DNA of 64,000 nt from Candidatus Bathyarchaeia archaeon (GCA_038883475.1 JAVZMA010000004.1:18690-82689), one strand, 5' to 3'. Shown: positions 27,813-37,271, counted from the first letter of the stretch. Notes: generated by a model from the sequence alone, not told the origin. Numbers and translations are program-made.

Positions 27813-28895
27813 ATGAAGAGAATTCTGGTTACAGGAGCGGGGGGACCCGCTGGAATAAATTTTGTCATGTCGCTTAAGATTGCACCTGAAAAAACTTTGG
27901 TTGTTGGAACTGAAGCAAACAGCTATTTTATTCACCTTGCCCCTACAGATAAGAAGTATTTGGTTCCAACCGCTGCAGAACCCAGCTACATCACCAAGTT
28001 GAACGAGATAATACGAAAAGAGCGCATAGAGTTTGTTCACGCTCAGCCAGACATTGAAGTAGCTGCGATATCGGAAAACCGCGAAAAACTAGAAGCAAAA
28101 GTTTTCTTGCCCTCGAAAAAAGCTATCAGCGTATGCCAAGACAAGCTTGAATCAGCAAAAGTTTGGGAAAAAAACAACATCCCAGTTGCAAAATTTATAG
28201 AACTGCAAAACGAGAAAGATGTCAACAAAGCCTTTAAAGAACTCGGAAACCCCATATGGATTAGAGCGAGACATGGCGCCGGAGGAAGAGGAAGCACCCT
28301 TGCCTACAATAAAGACACGGCATTAGCGTGGATCAAATATTGGATATCTCGTGGAATGAACTGGCAATTCATCGCCCAAGAATATTTGCCTGGAAGAAAT
28401 ATAGGTTTTCATAGTTTGTGGAAAAACGGCGAACTAGTTGTGTCGATGGCTAGGGAAAGGATAGAGTATATTTACCCAAACCTTGCGCCTTCCGGCGTGA
28501 CTGGCACTCCAGCGGTTCAGAGAACAATTCATGATGATAAGGTGAATGATGTGGGGACAAGGGCTGTTTTGGCCATAGACAAAGATTTTACTGGAATTGC
28601 TTGTGTCGATTTGAAAGAAAACAAGGAAGGGGTTCCATGCGTTACTGAGATTAACGCGGGTAGGATGTTTACGACGTCCTTTTTCTTTTCTTATGCCAGT
28701 AAGGTTTTGCGCGGGGACTATTTTGGGAACATACCGTATTTGTATGTTAAGCTCGCGTTCGGAGAACAAATACCGCATATACCGAAGTATAACGTTTTGC
28801 CAGAAAATATATACTGGATTCGCCATTTAGACGCACCAGCAAAAATCGTTAAAGACGGAAAAACCCTTGGACAAATGTATAAGTTGGGGGGATGA
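27813..28895 (+). CDS. ATP-grasp family carboxylate-amine ligase-like protein
   Basis: MKRILVTGAGG start preceded by GGTGG. ATP-grasp-type layout (W.K...IPV.......KA..ELG.P.WIRA..GAGG.G; E.N.GR). The track ORF begins earlier, at 27762. Confidence 0.7.
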   Translation: MKRILVTGAGGPAGINFVMSLKIAPEKTLVVGTEANSYFIHLAPTDKKYLVPTAAEPSYITKLNEIIRKERIEFVHAQPDIEVAAISENREKLEAKVFLPSKKAISVCQDKLESAKVWEKNNIPVAKFIELQNEKDVNKAFKELGNPIWIRARHGAGGRGSTLAYNKDTALAWIKYWISRGMNWQFIAQEYLPGRNIGFHSLWKNGELVVSMARERIEYIYPNLAPSGVTGTPAVQRTIHDDKVNDVGTRAVLAIDKDFTGIACVDLKENKEGVPCVTEINAGRMFTTSFFFSYASKVLRGDYFGNIPYLYVKLAFGEQIPHIPKYNVLPENIYWIRHLDAPAKIVKDGKTLGQMYKLGG

Positions 28896-28899
28896 AAAA

Positions 28900-29895
28900 G
28901 TGAAAGTTTGGTATGACGCATGCACAGGCAAACAAGTAAGATATGGAGTTGCAATAGCAAGACGCCTTAGAAAACGAGGACACAAAGTAATACTGACCAC
29001 GCGGAAACATCCGGACACGCTGGCTTTGGCAAATTTGTTAAAAGAAGATTTCATTGTTGTTGGGAAATATGACCCGCGTTCACCGCTTTCAAGACTCAAG
29101 GAAAGTGCGAAACGACAAATATTTTTCTGTAAGATATTTGAAAACGAAAAGCCTGATGTCGCCATCTCGCACCGCTCCGTGGAATTGTGCAGAGTTGCCT
29201 TCGGACTGGGAATACCTAACATTTCAACGCATGATACTGTGCACGCGGAAGCCATAAACAGGCTTACAATGCCTTTAATCGATTATCTGGTTGTTTCAAA
29301 GGCTTTACCGAAAAATTCGGTTGAAGGCTATGGCATAAAAAAGATATTTTGGTTTGACGGCGTGGATGAAGTTGCTTGGATAAAAGAGTTTAAACCAGAA
29401 ATCAAATACGAATATAAAAAACCATTAATTGTTGTTAGGGAACTTGAGGAAAAGGCTGCCTACGCCCAAGAAAAGGAAGACATAACTAAAACCTTGGCAA
29501 AAAAGCTTGCTTCGCTTGGAAACGTCCTCTTTCTACCACGCTACAGAAGAAAACCAATGAAAAATTTAATCGTTCCAAAAGAGTTTGTTGACTCCGCGAG
29601 CTTAGTTTCAAAAGCAGATTTGGTTATTAGCGCTGGAGGAACAATAGCTCGCGAAGCAGCATTACAAGGTATCCCAACAATAGTTATCTCTTCCTTTGGA
29701 AAAATTTACGTCAACGAATACTTGGCAAAAAAGGGCTTTCCAATCTTCACAGTGCCAGCAGATAAAGCGCTTAGCTATGCAAAAAGGCTTCTTGGCGAAG
29801 TCTGGGATGTTAAAGACAAGTTGGAAAAACTTGAAAACCCAGTAGACATGATAGAGAGAATAATTGATGATGAAATTACTATGGTATCAAGGTGA
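28900..29895 (+). CDS. DUF354-family protein (GT-B/epimerase-like fold)
   Basis: GTG 28900 gives MKVWYDACTGKQVRYGVAIARRLRKRGHKV, resembling DUF354 N-termini (MKIW.D......H.......L..RGHEV). It starts 5 nt after the ATP-grasp stop. Confidence 0.55.
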   Translation: MKVWYDACTGKQVRYGVAIARRLRKRGHKVILTTRKHPDTLALANLLKEDFIVVGKYDPRSPLSRLKESAKRQIFFCKIFENEKPDVAISHRSVELCRVAFGLGIPNISTHDTVHAEAINRLTMPLIDYLVVSKALPKNSVEGYGIKKIFWFDGVDEVAWIKEFKPEIKYEYKKPLIVVRELEEKAAYAQEKEDITKTLAKKLASLGNVLFLPRYRRKPMKNLIVPKEFVDSASLVSKADLVISAGGTIAREAALQGIPTIVISSFGKIYVNEYLAKKGFPIFTVPADKALSYAKRLLGEVWDVKDKLEKLENPVDMIERIIDDEITMVSR

Positions 29896-30923
29896 TTTCG
29901 TGGATGAGTGCTCGCGGAAAACGTGTCTTAGTTACTGGCGGCGCAGGTTTTATCGGCTCACACTTAGTTGAAGAATATTTAGTTAACGACGCGGAAAAAG
30001 TTGTTGTCTTCGACGATTTTTCCACGGGAACCATGAAAAACCTTGATGACGAGAAGGATAAAAGGTTAAAGATTGTTAAAAGCTCAATTTTAGATTCCAC
30101 ACAACTCAATACCGTTGTTAAAAAGGAAAAAATCAACATCATAGACCATTTAGCAGCCGAATTAGAAGTTTACACGGGCATAAAAGACGCAGAGAAAGAC
30201 GCAAAAATAAACATCCTAGGAACATTAAACGTCTTAAACGCGGCTTTAAGGAACAATGTCGAAAAAGTCTTGTTCGCTTCTTCGGGCGCTGTTTACGGAC
30301 AAGCACAGTATCTCCCAATAGATGAAGAACATCCTTTAGAGCCCCATTGGCCCTACGGGGTTAGTAAACTTGCCGCTGAACGCTATGTGCTGCAATATAA
30401 CAAGCTTTTTGGCCTAAACACCACAGCCTTCAGATATGGCATTGTCTATGGCCCCAAAGAATGGTTTGGCCGCGTTTTAACCATGTTCATAAAAAGGATT
30501 TTTCTTGAAAATAAGCCACCTGTAGTTTTTGGCGACGGTTCACAAACTAGAGACTTTGTTTATGTGAAGGATGTTGTTAAGGCTCATATGTTGGCGATTG
30601 AAAAGCAAGAATCAGCGGGAAACGTTTTCAATATTGGAAGCGGGAAAGGCGTTTCTATCAAAGAATTGGCAAATATGTTGGTGAAGGCATCGGATAAGGG
30701 ATTTGACATAATTTATGACAACCCAAGGGAAGGTTCAGCTTCGCATTTTCAGCCCGAGCGCATTAGGCTTCAAGGAGAATTGGTGAACTTCGTTTTAGAT
30801 TGCCGTAAGGCTGAGGAAATCCTTGGATGGCGCCCGCAAACAGACTTTAATGAAGGAATAACCAAAGAGATTGAGTGGGTTTTAAAGTTCCCCGAAAGGT
30901 GGGCTGGGAAACCTAGAGTTTAA
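29892..30923 (+). CDS. NAD-dependent nucleotide-sugar epimerase/dehydratase
   Basis: VLVTGGAGFIGSHL and YGVSKLAAE (YxxxK). 4-nt overlap with the DUF354 gene. ATG 29904 is an alternative start. Confidence 0.85.
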   Translation: MISWMSARGKRVLVTGGAGFIGSHLVEEYLVNDAEKVVVFDDFSTGTMKNLDDEKDKRLKIVKSSILDSTQLNTVVKKEKINIIDHLAAELEVYTGIKDAEKDAKINILGTLNVLNAALRNNVEKVLFASSGAVYGQAQYLPIDEEHPLEPHWPYGVSKLAAERYVLQYNKLFGLNTTAFRYGIVYGPKEWFGRVLTMFIKRIFLENKPPVVFGDGSQTRDFVYVKDVVKAHMLAIEKQESAGNVFNIGSGKGVSIKELANMLVKASDKGFDIIYDNPREGSASHFQPERIRLQGELVNFVLDCRKAEEILGWRPQTDFNEGITKEIEWVLKFPERWAGKPRV

Positions 30924-31432
30924 GGAAGTTGGTTTTTTCTCGCCTCGATGAACGCTTTTCTCTTAGCCTCATACTCTTGCCGCGTCATCATATGTTTTGC
31001 GGGTATACCCTTCACAACAGTTCCAGACGGCACATCTTCCGTTACTGTGCTTCCAGCAGCTACCACAGCGTTTTCGTGCACCGTAACGTTTGGGAGAATT
31101 GTCACGCATCCCCCGATAACCACATTGTCCTTTATTATTGACGGCGTTAGGCATTTGCTATGTGGAAATCTGTCGTTTAACAGACTGCTGTTTGGTCCTA
31201 TGAAAACGTTGTCGCCGAGTTTGCATTCGTTTGATATTGTTACATGAGCTTGTATGATGCAATTCCTACCTATTACGACGTTTTTGCCGATGTCGCAGAA
31301 GCTTCCTATCCTCGTTCCATCGCCGATTTTTGTGTTGTCACCTATGACAACATAATTCCAAACAACAACATCTTCGCCGAACTGGACATTCTTTCCAACT
31401 ATTACGCCTTTTCCAATTTTTGGCTTTGACAT
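30920..31432 (-). CDS. left-handed beta-helix (hexapeptide-repeat) sugar N/O-acetyltransferase
   Basis: 170 aa of [LIV]-G-x-x-x-x repeats (IGDNTKIGDGTRIGSFCDIGKNVVIGRNCII...). Confidence 0.8.
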   Translation of the reverse strand: MSKPKIGKGVIVGKNVQFGEDVVVWNYVVIGDNTKIGDGTRIGSFCDIGKNVVIGRNCIIQAHVTISNECKLGDNVFIGPNSSLLNDRFPHSKCLTPSIIKDNVVIGGCVTILPNVTVHENAVVAAGSTVTEDVPSGTVVKGIPAKHMMTRQEYEAKRKAFIEARKNQLP

Positions 31433-31516
31433 GGCGCCGCCTCACTTCGTTGTTTGTTGCGTGTTAGTTTAAATAGTTTGGCAGCAAATTTCTTTTTTCT
31501 GTGGAGGCTTCAAAGC

Positions 31517-32368
31517 TTGTCAGTAAAAGGGCGAGTTTTAGTCGTCGGCTTAGGCGATGTTGGGCGCTCGCTGTTTGAGTTGGTTAAGGAAAACGGGCGT
31601 TTTGTAGTTTACGGATTTGATGTTAACGAAAATAAAATGCGAGACATCGGGCAGAAGAGTTTACCAAGAGAAGTTGACGTAATGCACGTTTGCATTCCAT
31701 GCCTTGACAAAAACACGTTCCTAAACGCGGTTGTTGGTTATGCGAAAAGATTTAACCCCAAACTGGTGATTATCGACAGCACCGTCCCTCCGGGAACAAC
31801 CACTGAGGCATACAAGCGCATTAGCGGATGCCTCGTCGCGCATTCTCCTGTTCGCGGGGTTCATAAAAGCTTAGAATATATGAAGTGGGAGTTGAAGCGG
31901 TGGACAAAATATGTGGGAGGCGCTACGGCAGAGGCTGCAGAGGCTTCAAGGAAACATTTTGAAGAATTAGGCTTGAAAACTAAGGTTTTAAAGAGCTGTT
32001 TAGAAACAGAGTTGGCTAAACTTTTTGAGACCACGTATAGGGCTTGGATGATTGTCTGTTTTCAAGAGATGCACCGCATTTCGAAACATTTCAATGCAGA
32101 CTTTGATGAAACCGTGGATTTCCTAGAAGACACCCATCGAGTTAGGCTTGACAGACCAGTGATGTTTCCCGGAGTTATTGGCGGGCACTGCTTGATTCCA
32201 AACACTGAACTTCTTTTGCAAAGTTATGATTCAGATTTTTTGCGTTTAATCTTGAAATCTAATGAAAAACGCAAAAAAGAAGTTGAAGATGAAAGCGTCC
32301 GAGAAGAAATTGAAAAAGTCAGAAAGAGAGTAGAGGCTTTAGAAAAGGAGTTATCTGGAAAATCTTGA
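31517..32368 (+). CDS. UDP-sugar 6-dehydrogenase-like protein lacking the C-terminal nucleotide-sugar-binding domain
   Basis: VLVVGLGDVG Rossmann motif, central helix block ETELAKLFETTYRAW and catalytic-Cys context VIGGHCLIPN. Ends in a coiled-coil tail. TTG 31517 lies 9 nt after GGAGG; the track starts at 31454. Confidence 0.6.
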   Translation: MSVKGRVLVVGLGDVGRSLFELVKENGRFVVYGFDVNENKMRDIGQKSLPREVDVMHVCIPCLDKNTFLNAVVGYAKRFNPKLVIIDSTVPPGTTTEAYKRISGCLVAHSPVRGVHKSLEYMKWELKRWTKYVGGATAEAAEASRKHFEELGLKTKVLKSCLETELAKLFETTYRAWMIVCFQEMHRISKHFNADFDETVDFLEDTHRVRLDRPVMFPGVIGGHCLIPNTELLLQSYDSDFLRLILKSNEKRKKEVEDESVREEIEKVRKRVEALEKELSGKS

Positions 32369-32370
32369 AA

Positions 32371-33333
32371 CTAGCTTATTTCGCATCTTTTGAGTAAGCG
32401 GTTCCATCTTTCGTCTGTTATCCGTTGAATTTCATCAACTAGCTTTTCAAATTTCGGAGTGAACAAATGTCTAAAGCGTCCCTGCACCTGTAAGTATTCC
32501 TTCACTGGCTTCTTCTTTTGCGGGTTTGATGCAAAGGCTTTGCTCGGCGGAGAAAGCTGGTACTTGCCATTTACAGCTTCCCACAACGGGAATATACATG
32601 TTTCCACAGCCAACCGTGAAAGCTCTATGGATTTGGATGGGTCACTTCTCCATCCGCGCGGGCACGGCGCGAAAACATGTAGAAAAGCTGGACCGTTGAC
32701 TTCAAGTCCCTTTCTGGCTTTTTGAATCAGGTCTCGCCAGTAATAGGGTGAGGCTGTAGCTACATAGGGCATTTCATGAGCTACCATAATGTCGGCTATG
32801 GGCTTCTTATACTCCAGTTTGCCAGGCAAGACTGTGCCTGCCGGCGAGGTTGTTGTTGAGGCGCCTAAGGGTGTTCCTCCACTTCGCTGTATTCCCGTGT
32901 TCATGTAAGCCTCATTGTCATAGAGCACAAACAGGAAGTCGTGTCCTCTTTCAACAGCGCCGGAAAGTGCTTGTATTCCTATATCGTAGGTGCCTCCGTC
33001 CCCTGCTATGGCGATTACGTCAACATGTTCGTGTTTTATTCTTCCCTTCTTCTTCATTATTTTGATGGCTGCCTCTATTCCTGAGGCGTTTGCCGCAGCG
33101 TTTTCAAAAGCCGTGTGCAGCCACGGGACAGCCCAAGAGGTGTATGGGTATATTGTGGAGACTACTTCCATACAACCTGTTGCGGTTGTCACTATTGTTG
33201 GTCCTCTTGTGGCTTTCATTATTAATCTCATAACTACTGCTGGTGCGCAGCCAGCGCATGCACGGTGCCCAGAAGTAAAAAGGTCTGGTTTTTCAGCTAT
33301 GTCTTTTATTGTGAATTTCCATTCAGACTCCAT
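32371..33333 (-). CDS. porB: pyruvate:ferredoxin oxidoreductase beta subunit (TPP-binding)
   Basis: 320 aa. GHRACAGC and IAGDGGTYDIG TPP motif. Last gene of the porGDAB order. Confidence 0.9.
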   Translation of the reverse strand: MESEWKFTIKDIAEKPDLFTSGHRACAGCAPAVVMRLIMKATRGPTIVTTATGCMEVVSTIYPYTSWAVPWLHTAFENAAANASGIEAAIKIMKKKGRIKHEHVDVIAIAGDGGTYDIGIQALSGAVERGHDFLFVLYDNEAYMNTGIQRSGGTPLGASTTTSPAGTVLPGKLEYKKPIADIMVAHEMPYVATASPYYWRDLIQKARKGLEVNGPAFLHVFAPCPRGWRSDPSKSIELSRLAVETCIFPLWEAVNGKYQLSPPSKAFASNPQKKKPVKEYLQVQGRFRHLFTPKFEKLVDEIQRITDERWNRLLKRCEIS

Positions 33334-33348
33334 TTTTCATTTTCCTCC

Positions 33349-34581
33349 TTACTCCCTTAATCCGACATACCGTATCGGGTTTTCAACGCGCTTTGTCTTC
33401 AGTATCTCTTGCAAGTCTTCGTAGATTTTGCGGATTTGGCTTGGGCTGGTGTCTCTTCCGCCGAGTCCGTAAATGTAGTTTACAATGTAGGGATGCTTTG
33501 GCGCGTCGTAAAGTGCGTGGCGAATTTCTTGAAAGACTTGTCCGCCGCGACCGCCGAAACTCATGCTTCTATCCATAACAGCCAAAGCCTTCACATTTTT
33601 AAGAGCGTTGATTATTTCCTCTAAAGGTAATGGTCTAAATGTGCGGATGCGAAGGAGACCAGCTTTTACGCCCTCTGCCCTCAACTCGTCCACGACTGTT
33701 TTTACTGTTCCAGCGGTTGACCCTAGGCATATTATGGCTATTTCCGCGTCTTCAAGACTGTAAGGGTCAAGCAAACCATTACCATAACGTCTGCCACTTA
33801 TTTTCGCATATTCATCATGCACCTGCGGGATTATTTTAAGCGCGTTTTTCATGGCTTCCTCCTGTTGCCGCTTGAACTCAAAATAGTAATTTGGAAACGC
33901 CACAGGCCCCATAGTCATGGGATATTCTGGATCAAGCTTAAATGGAGCCTTTTTTCCCTCATGTGTTAATACTTCGGGGAATCGGCGAACTCCAACAAAC
34001 TTTTTAACAACTTCGTCTGGAAGCACGTTTACGTTTTCTAGAGAGTGACTCAGGATGAAACCGTCCAAGCCGACAATGACTGGCAAAAGAACTTCTGGGT
34101 TCTCAGCTATTCTAAAAGCTTGAATTATTGAATCGTAAACTTCTTGAGCGTTTTCAGCGTAAATTTGTATCCAGCCGCTATCTCGTTCGGCCATAGTGTC
34201 GGACTGGTCTCCATGAATATTTAAGGGTGCAGATAGTGCTCTATTTGCTATTGCCATGACCACTGGTGCACGGCATCCAGAAGTTACAAACAACATTTCG
34301 TGCATTAGAGCTAAGCCAGCAGAGGCTGATGCTGTGAAAGTTCTTGCACCAGTTAAAGACGCAGTTAGACATGCGGTTAGTGCGCTGTGCTCGGATTCTG
34401 TGCAGACAAATTCTGTTTCGACCTCGCCATTGGCTACATACTCACTGAACCTTTCCACAATTATTGTTTGGGGAGTTATGGGGTAGGCAGCCACAACATC
34501 CACATCGGACTGCTTCACCGCGTAGGCAACTGCTTCGTCTCCGTTTAGGGCTAAAACCTCTTGTTTAACCACACTCTTCAT
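33349..34581 (-). CDS. porA: pyruvate:ferredoxin oxidoreductase alpha subunit
   Basis: Start taken at MKSVVKQEVLALNGDEAVAY (ATG 34581), 14 nt after the porD stop. The track ORF extends to 34644. Confidence 0.9.
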   Translation of the reverse strand: MKSVVKQEVLALNGDEAVAYAVKQSDVDVVAAYPITPQTIIVERFSEYVANGEVETEFVCTESEHSALTACLTASLTGARTFTASASAGLALMHEMLFVTSGCRAPVVMAIANRALSAPLNIHGDQSDTMAERDSGWIQIYAENAQEVYDSIIQAFRIAENPEVLLPVIVGLDGFILSHSLENVNVLPDEVVKKFVGVRRFPEVLTHEGKKAPFKLDPEYPMTMGPVAFPNYYFEFKRQQEEAMKNALKIIPQVHDEYAKISGRRYGNGLLDPYSLEDAEIAIICLGSTAGTVKTVVDELRAEGVKAGLLRIRTFRPLPLEEIINALKNVKALAVMDRSMSFGGRGGQVFQEIRHALYDAPKHPYIVNYIYGLGGRDTSPSQIRKIYEDLQEILKTKRVENPIRYVGLRE

Positions 34582-34595
34582 TTCATTGCACATCC

Positions 34596-34880
34596 CTATT
34601 CCAGTTTCATTTCTATTGCTTTCACGGGGCATTCGTTGGCGCATATCCCACAGCCCTTGCAGAAGTTATAATCAAATTCTATGTCTCCCTTTTCAGGCTT
34701 CCAGTGGATTGCACCGTCTGGACAGAAGATAACACATAGCAGGCATCGGGTGCACTTTTCCAAGTCTCTTATTGGCTTGTAGGTTTTCCAGTCGCCAGTT
34801 AAAAATTCAGTGCTTGGCTTCCAGCATACAGCTCCCATCGAAATTTCTTTCCAACCCTTTTCTTCAAGCTTCATTCGCAT
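34596..34880 (-). CDS. porD: pyruvate:ferredoxin oxidoreductase delta subunit (2x[4Fe-4S])
   Basis: 94 aa. CTRCLLCVIFCP and CKGCGICANECP. Confidence 0.9.
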   Translation of the reverse strand: MRMKLEEKGWKEISMGAVCWKPSTEFLTGDWKTYKPIRDLEKCTRCLLCVIFCPDGAIHWKPEKGDIEFDYNFCKGCGICANECPVKAIEMKLE

Positions 34881-35467
34881 CGTGCCTCCTCGTAAGCTTC
34901 TTTTATAACGGCAAAATTTTTCTCGGCGACATCCCGCCTAAAACGCTCCATCACGGTTTTCTCGATGCTTTTTAGGCTAACCACACCTGTTGCGCGGGCA
35001 ACAGCCCCAAGCATAGCCGTGCTTGTTATGGGCACTCCTAAAATTTTTATTGCAATTTCTGTGGCTGGAACAGTCCACACTTTACCCTTACTTGAATTAA
35101 GCATATTCCTAACCTCTGACGGTTTTTCTTTTGAATTAACCATTATTATTCCTTCTTCGCCTAGTCCTTCGGTAACTGGAACAGTTTTCAAAAGTGTTGG
35201 GTCCAAAACGACCACAACATCAGGGTTATAGATTGCACAATGTATTCTGATTGGCGCTGTGCTTATCCTTGTGAAAGCACTTACAGGAGCTCCCATCCTC
35301 TCCGGTCCAAATTCGGGGAAGGACTGAATGTACTTTCCTTCGCATATCGCTGCACGCGCTAGCAACTCGCTTGCAGTCCAAGCTCCTTGTCCACCCCTTC
35401 CATGCCATCTAACTTCAAGAATTTTCTTCAAGGGATTTTCTCTCCAGTAGCCCTTCAACTTATTCAA
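34871..35467 (-). CDS. porG: pyruvate:ferredoxin oxidoreductase gamma subunit
   Basis: EVRWHGRGGQGAWTAS motif. The true start may be the internal TTG near 35431. Confidence 0.9.
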   Translation of the reverse strand: MNKLKGYWRENPLKKILEVRWHGRGGQGAWTASELLARAAICEGKYIQSFPEFGPERMGAPVSAFTRISTAPIRIHCAIYNPDVVVVLDPTLLKTVPVTEGLGEEGIIMVNSKEKPSEVRNMLNSSKGKVWTVPATEIAIKILGVPITSTAMLGAVARATGVVSLKSIEKTVMERFRRDVAEKNFAVIKEAYEEARCE

Positions 35468-35613
35468 GAACTTCCATATAACTTTTCTAGACAGATAAGG
35501 GTTAAATGTAATGCGTAAATACTAGATTTGGAGCTCGGTTGTTTCATTGGGGACATCAAAGTTTAAATTTTCAATTTTTGACATTCAAATTTTAAGGAAG
35601 AGGAGGCGGCATA

Positions 35614-37095
35614 ATGGCGTCGATACTCTTGACAGCCGACCGCACCTTGATGAGCGACTACCATCATAACGAGTTCTTAGGCTTTGGAACATGCGCGCCT
35701 CCAAACTTCATTCCAAACTGGCTTTACGGCTTCCTATTTTTTCCACCAATAAAAACAAAGGACGGAATCCCAGTGGCAGCCCCTTACGGACTGAGAAAAA
35801 TTGAAGCCCAGCTTCTAAGCGAGGGCTTCGACGTTTTAACAGTTAGCCCAGACCACCTTGAGAAATACATCAAGGAGGCAAAAGTTTTGGGCATACACGT
35901 TATGGACCCCTTTGGGTTGGGTCCAGCCTCAAGCACATTCGCGTCAATTTTGAAGAAGGAACCCTTTCTAGCGTCTTATTTTCACGCGTTAGTTGGCAGT
36001 TCGGAGATTAAGGAAGCAAAAAAAAGAGGATTAAAAATTGTTGTGGGTGGCCCAGGTGTTTGGCAATTCCATTATCGACCAAAATTTGTCGAAAAATATG
36101 GGATAGACTGCATAATAGAGGGCGAAGCTGAAAAAGTTGTTGGAAAAATTTTCAAAGCTGCCTTAAACGGCGAGAATCTGCCTAAGTATTATGAGGTTAA
36201 CGTTAAGGAAACGCCCAGTTTGGAAGAGATACCTGACATAGTTAAGCCCTCAATCAATGGTTTGGTTGAGATTGGGAGGGGTTGTTGCCGTGGATGCAAT
36301 TTCTGCAGTGTGACCTTGAAGCCCCTAAGGTGGTATCCATACGAGAAGATAATGCGGGAAATAGGTGTAAACATAAATGGGCAAATAAATTGGACGTGCC
36401 TCCACGCCGAAGACGTAATGCTTTACGGTTCAAGAAACACGCTGCCAGACGACGAAAAACTGACGAGGCTTCATGAACTGGTTGTTAAGAAATGCGATGG
36501 CATCAGCTGGAGCCACTGCTCATTAGCAGCTGTAGCCTCAAAACCAAAACTTTTCGAAAAAATCGCCGAAACAATCCTGCAAAAACAGCCTTGGTGGGGA
36601 GTAGAAGTCGGCATAGAAACAGGCTCCCCGGAACTTGCCAAAAAGAACATGCCAGCAAAAGCCCACCCATTCAAACCAGAAAACTGGCCGGAAGTAGTGC
36701 GCACAGCCATGGGTTTGATGCATGATAACAATTTGATTCCAGCATGCACTTTGATTGTTGGGCTTCCAGAGGAAACAGAAGAAGACCTTATCAAAACGAT
36801 AGAGCTTGTTGAAGAACTCAGAAATTGTAGAAGCTTGATTGTGCCTTTGTTTTTTGTTCCTTTGGGAAGGTTGAAAAGGGAGGATTGGTTTAAATATGCT
36901 GAGATGACTGAGCTGCACAGAGAACTGTTAGTTAAATGTTTGGAGCATGATTTTTACTGGATAGACAGCCTAATAGGATTATCTTTCTCTGGTAAATGGT
37001 ACGCCAGTGTTCTACAACCATTATACAGGCTTTTTGTTGGAATCATCAAGTACAAGACAAGGAAGACTGGAATAAAAATGGAAATTGCAAAATGA
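35614..37095 (+). CDS. B12-binding-domain-type radical SAM protein
   Basis: 493 aa. CxxxCxxC cluster motif in GRGCCRGCNFCSV, preceded by a Rossmann-like N-terminal domain. Confidence 0.8.
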   Translation: MASILLTADRTLMSDYHHNEFLGFGTCAPPNFIPNWLYGFLFFPPIKTKDGIPVAAPYGLRKIEAQLLSEGFDVLTVSPDHLEKYIKEAKVLGIHVMDPFGLGPASSTFASILKKEPFLASYFHALVGSSEIKEAKKRGLKIVVGGPGVWQFHYRPKFVEKYGIDCIIEGEAEKVVGKIFKAALNGENLPKYYEVNVKETPSLEEIPDIVKPSINGLVEIGRGCCRGCNFCSVTLKPLRWYPYEKIMREIGVNINGQINWTCLHAEDVMLYGSRNTLPDDEKLTRLHELVVKKCDGISWSHCSLAAVASKPKLFEKIAETILQKQPWWGVEVGIETGSPELAKKNMPAKAHPFKPENWPEVVRTAMGLMHDNNLIPACTLIVGLPEETEEDLIKTIELVEELRNCRSLIVPLFFVPLGRLKREDWFKYAEMTELHRELLVKCLEHDFYWIDSLIGLSFSGKWYASVLQPLYRLFVGIIKYKTRKTGIKMEIAK

Positions 37096-37101
37096 CTAAA
37101 C

Positions 37102-37110
37102 TTAAATATT
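37102..37110 (+). promoter_or_regulatory. TATA-like box upstream of tRNA-Asn
   Basis: TTAAATATT centred about 37 nt upstream of tRNA position 1. Confidence 0.25.
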
Positions 37111-37142
37111 ACAGCAAAACTGAAGACTATGAGGCTTAAAGC

Positions 37143-37246
37143 GCCGCCGTAGCTCAGTGTGGTAGAGCGGCTGGCTGTTAACCAGTCGGTCGTAGGTTCA
37201 AGAACAAGGAGGAAAACTCCTGTTGAAAGTCCTACCGGCGGCGCCA
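37143..37246 (+). tRNA. tRNA-Asn(GUU) with a 27-nt intron in the T-loop (59/60) and encoded CCA
   Basis: Acceptor GCCGCCG/CGGCGGC with G73 and CCA. TAGCTCAGTGTGGTAGAGC D-arm. Anticodon arm GCTGG-CTGTTAA-CCAGT. T-stem GTAGG/CCTAC encloses 34 nt; removing 37203-37229 leaves TTCAAGT. Confidence 0.85.
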
Positions 37247-37271
37247 CTAACGAACCGTGCACTTTCTGTCT

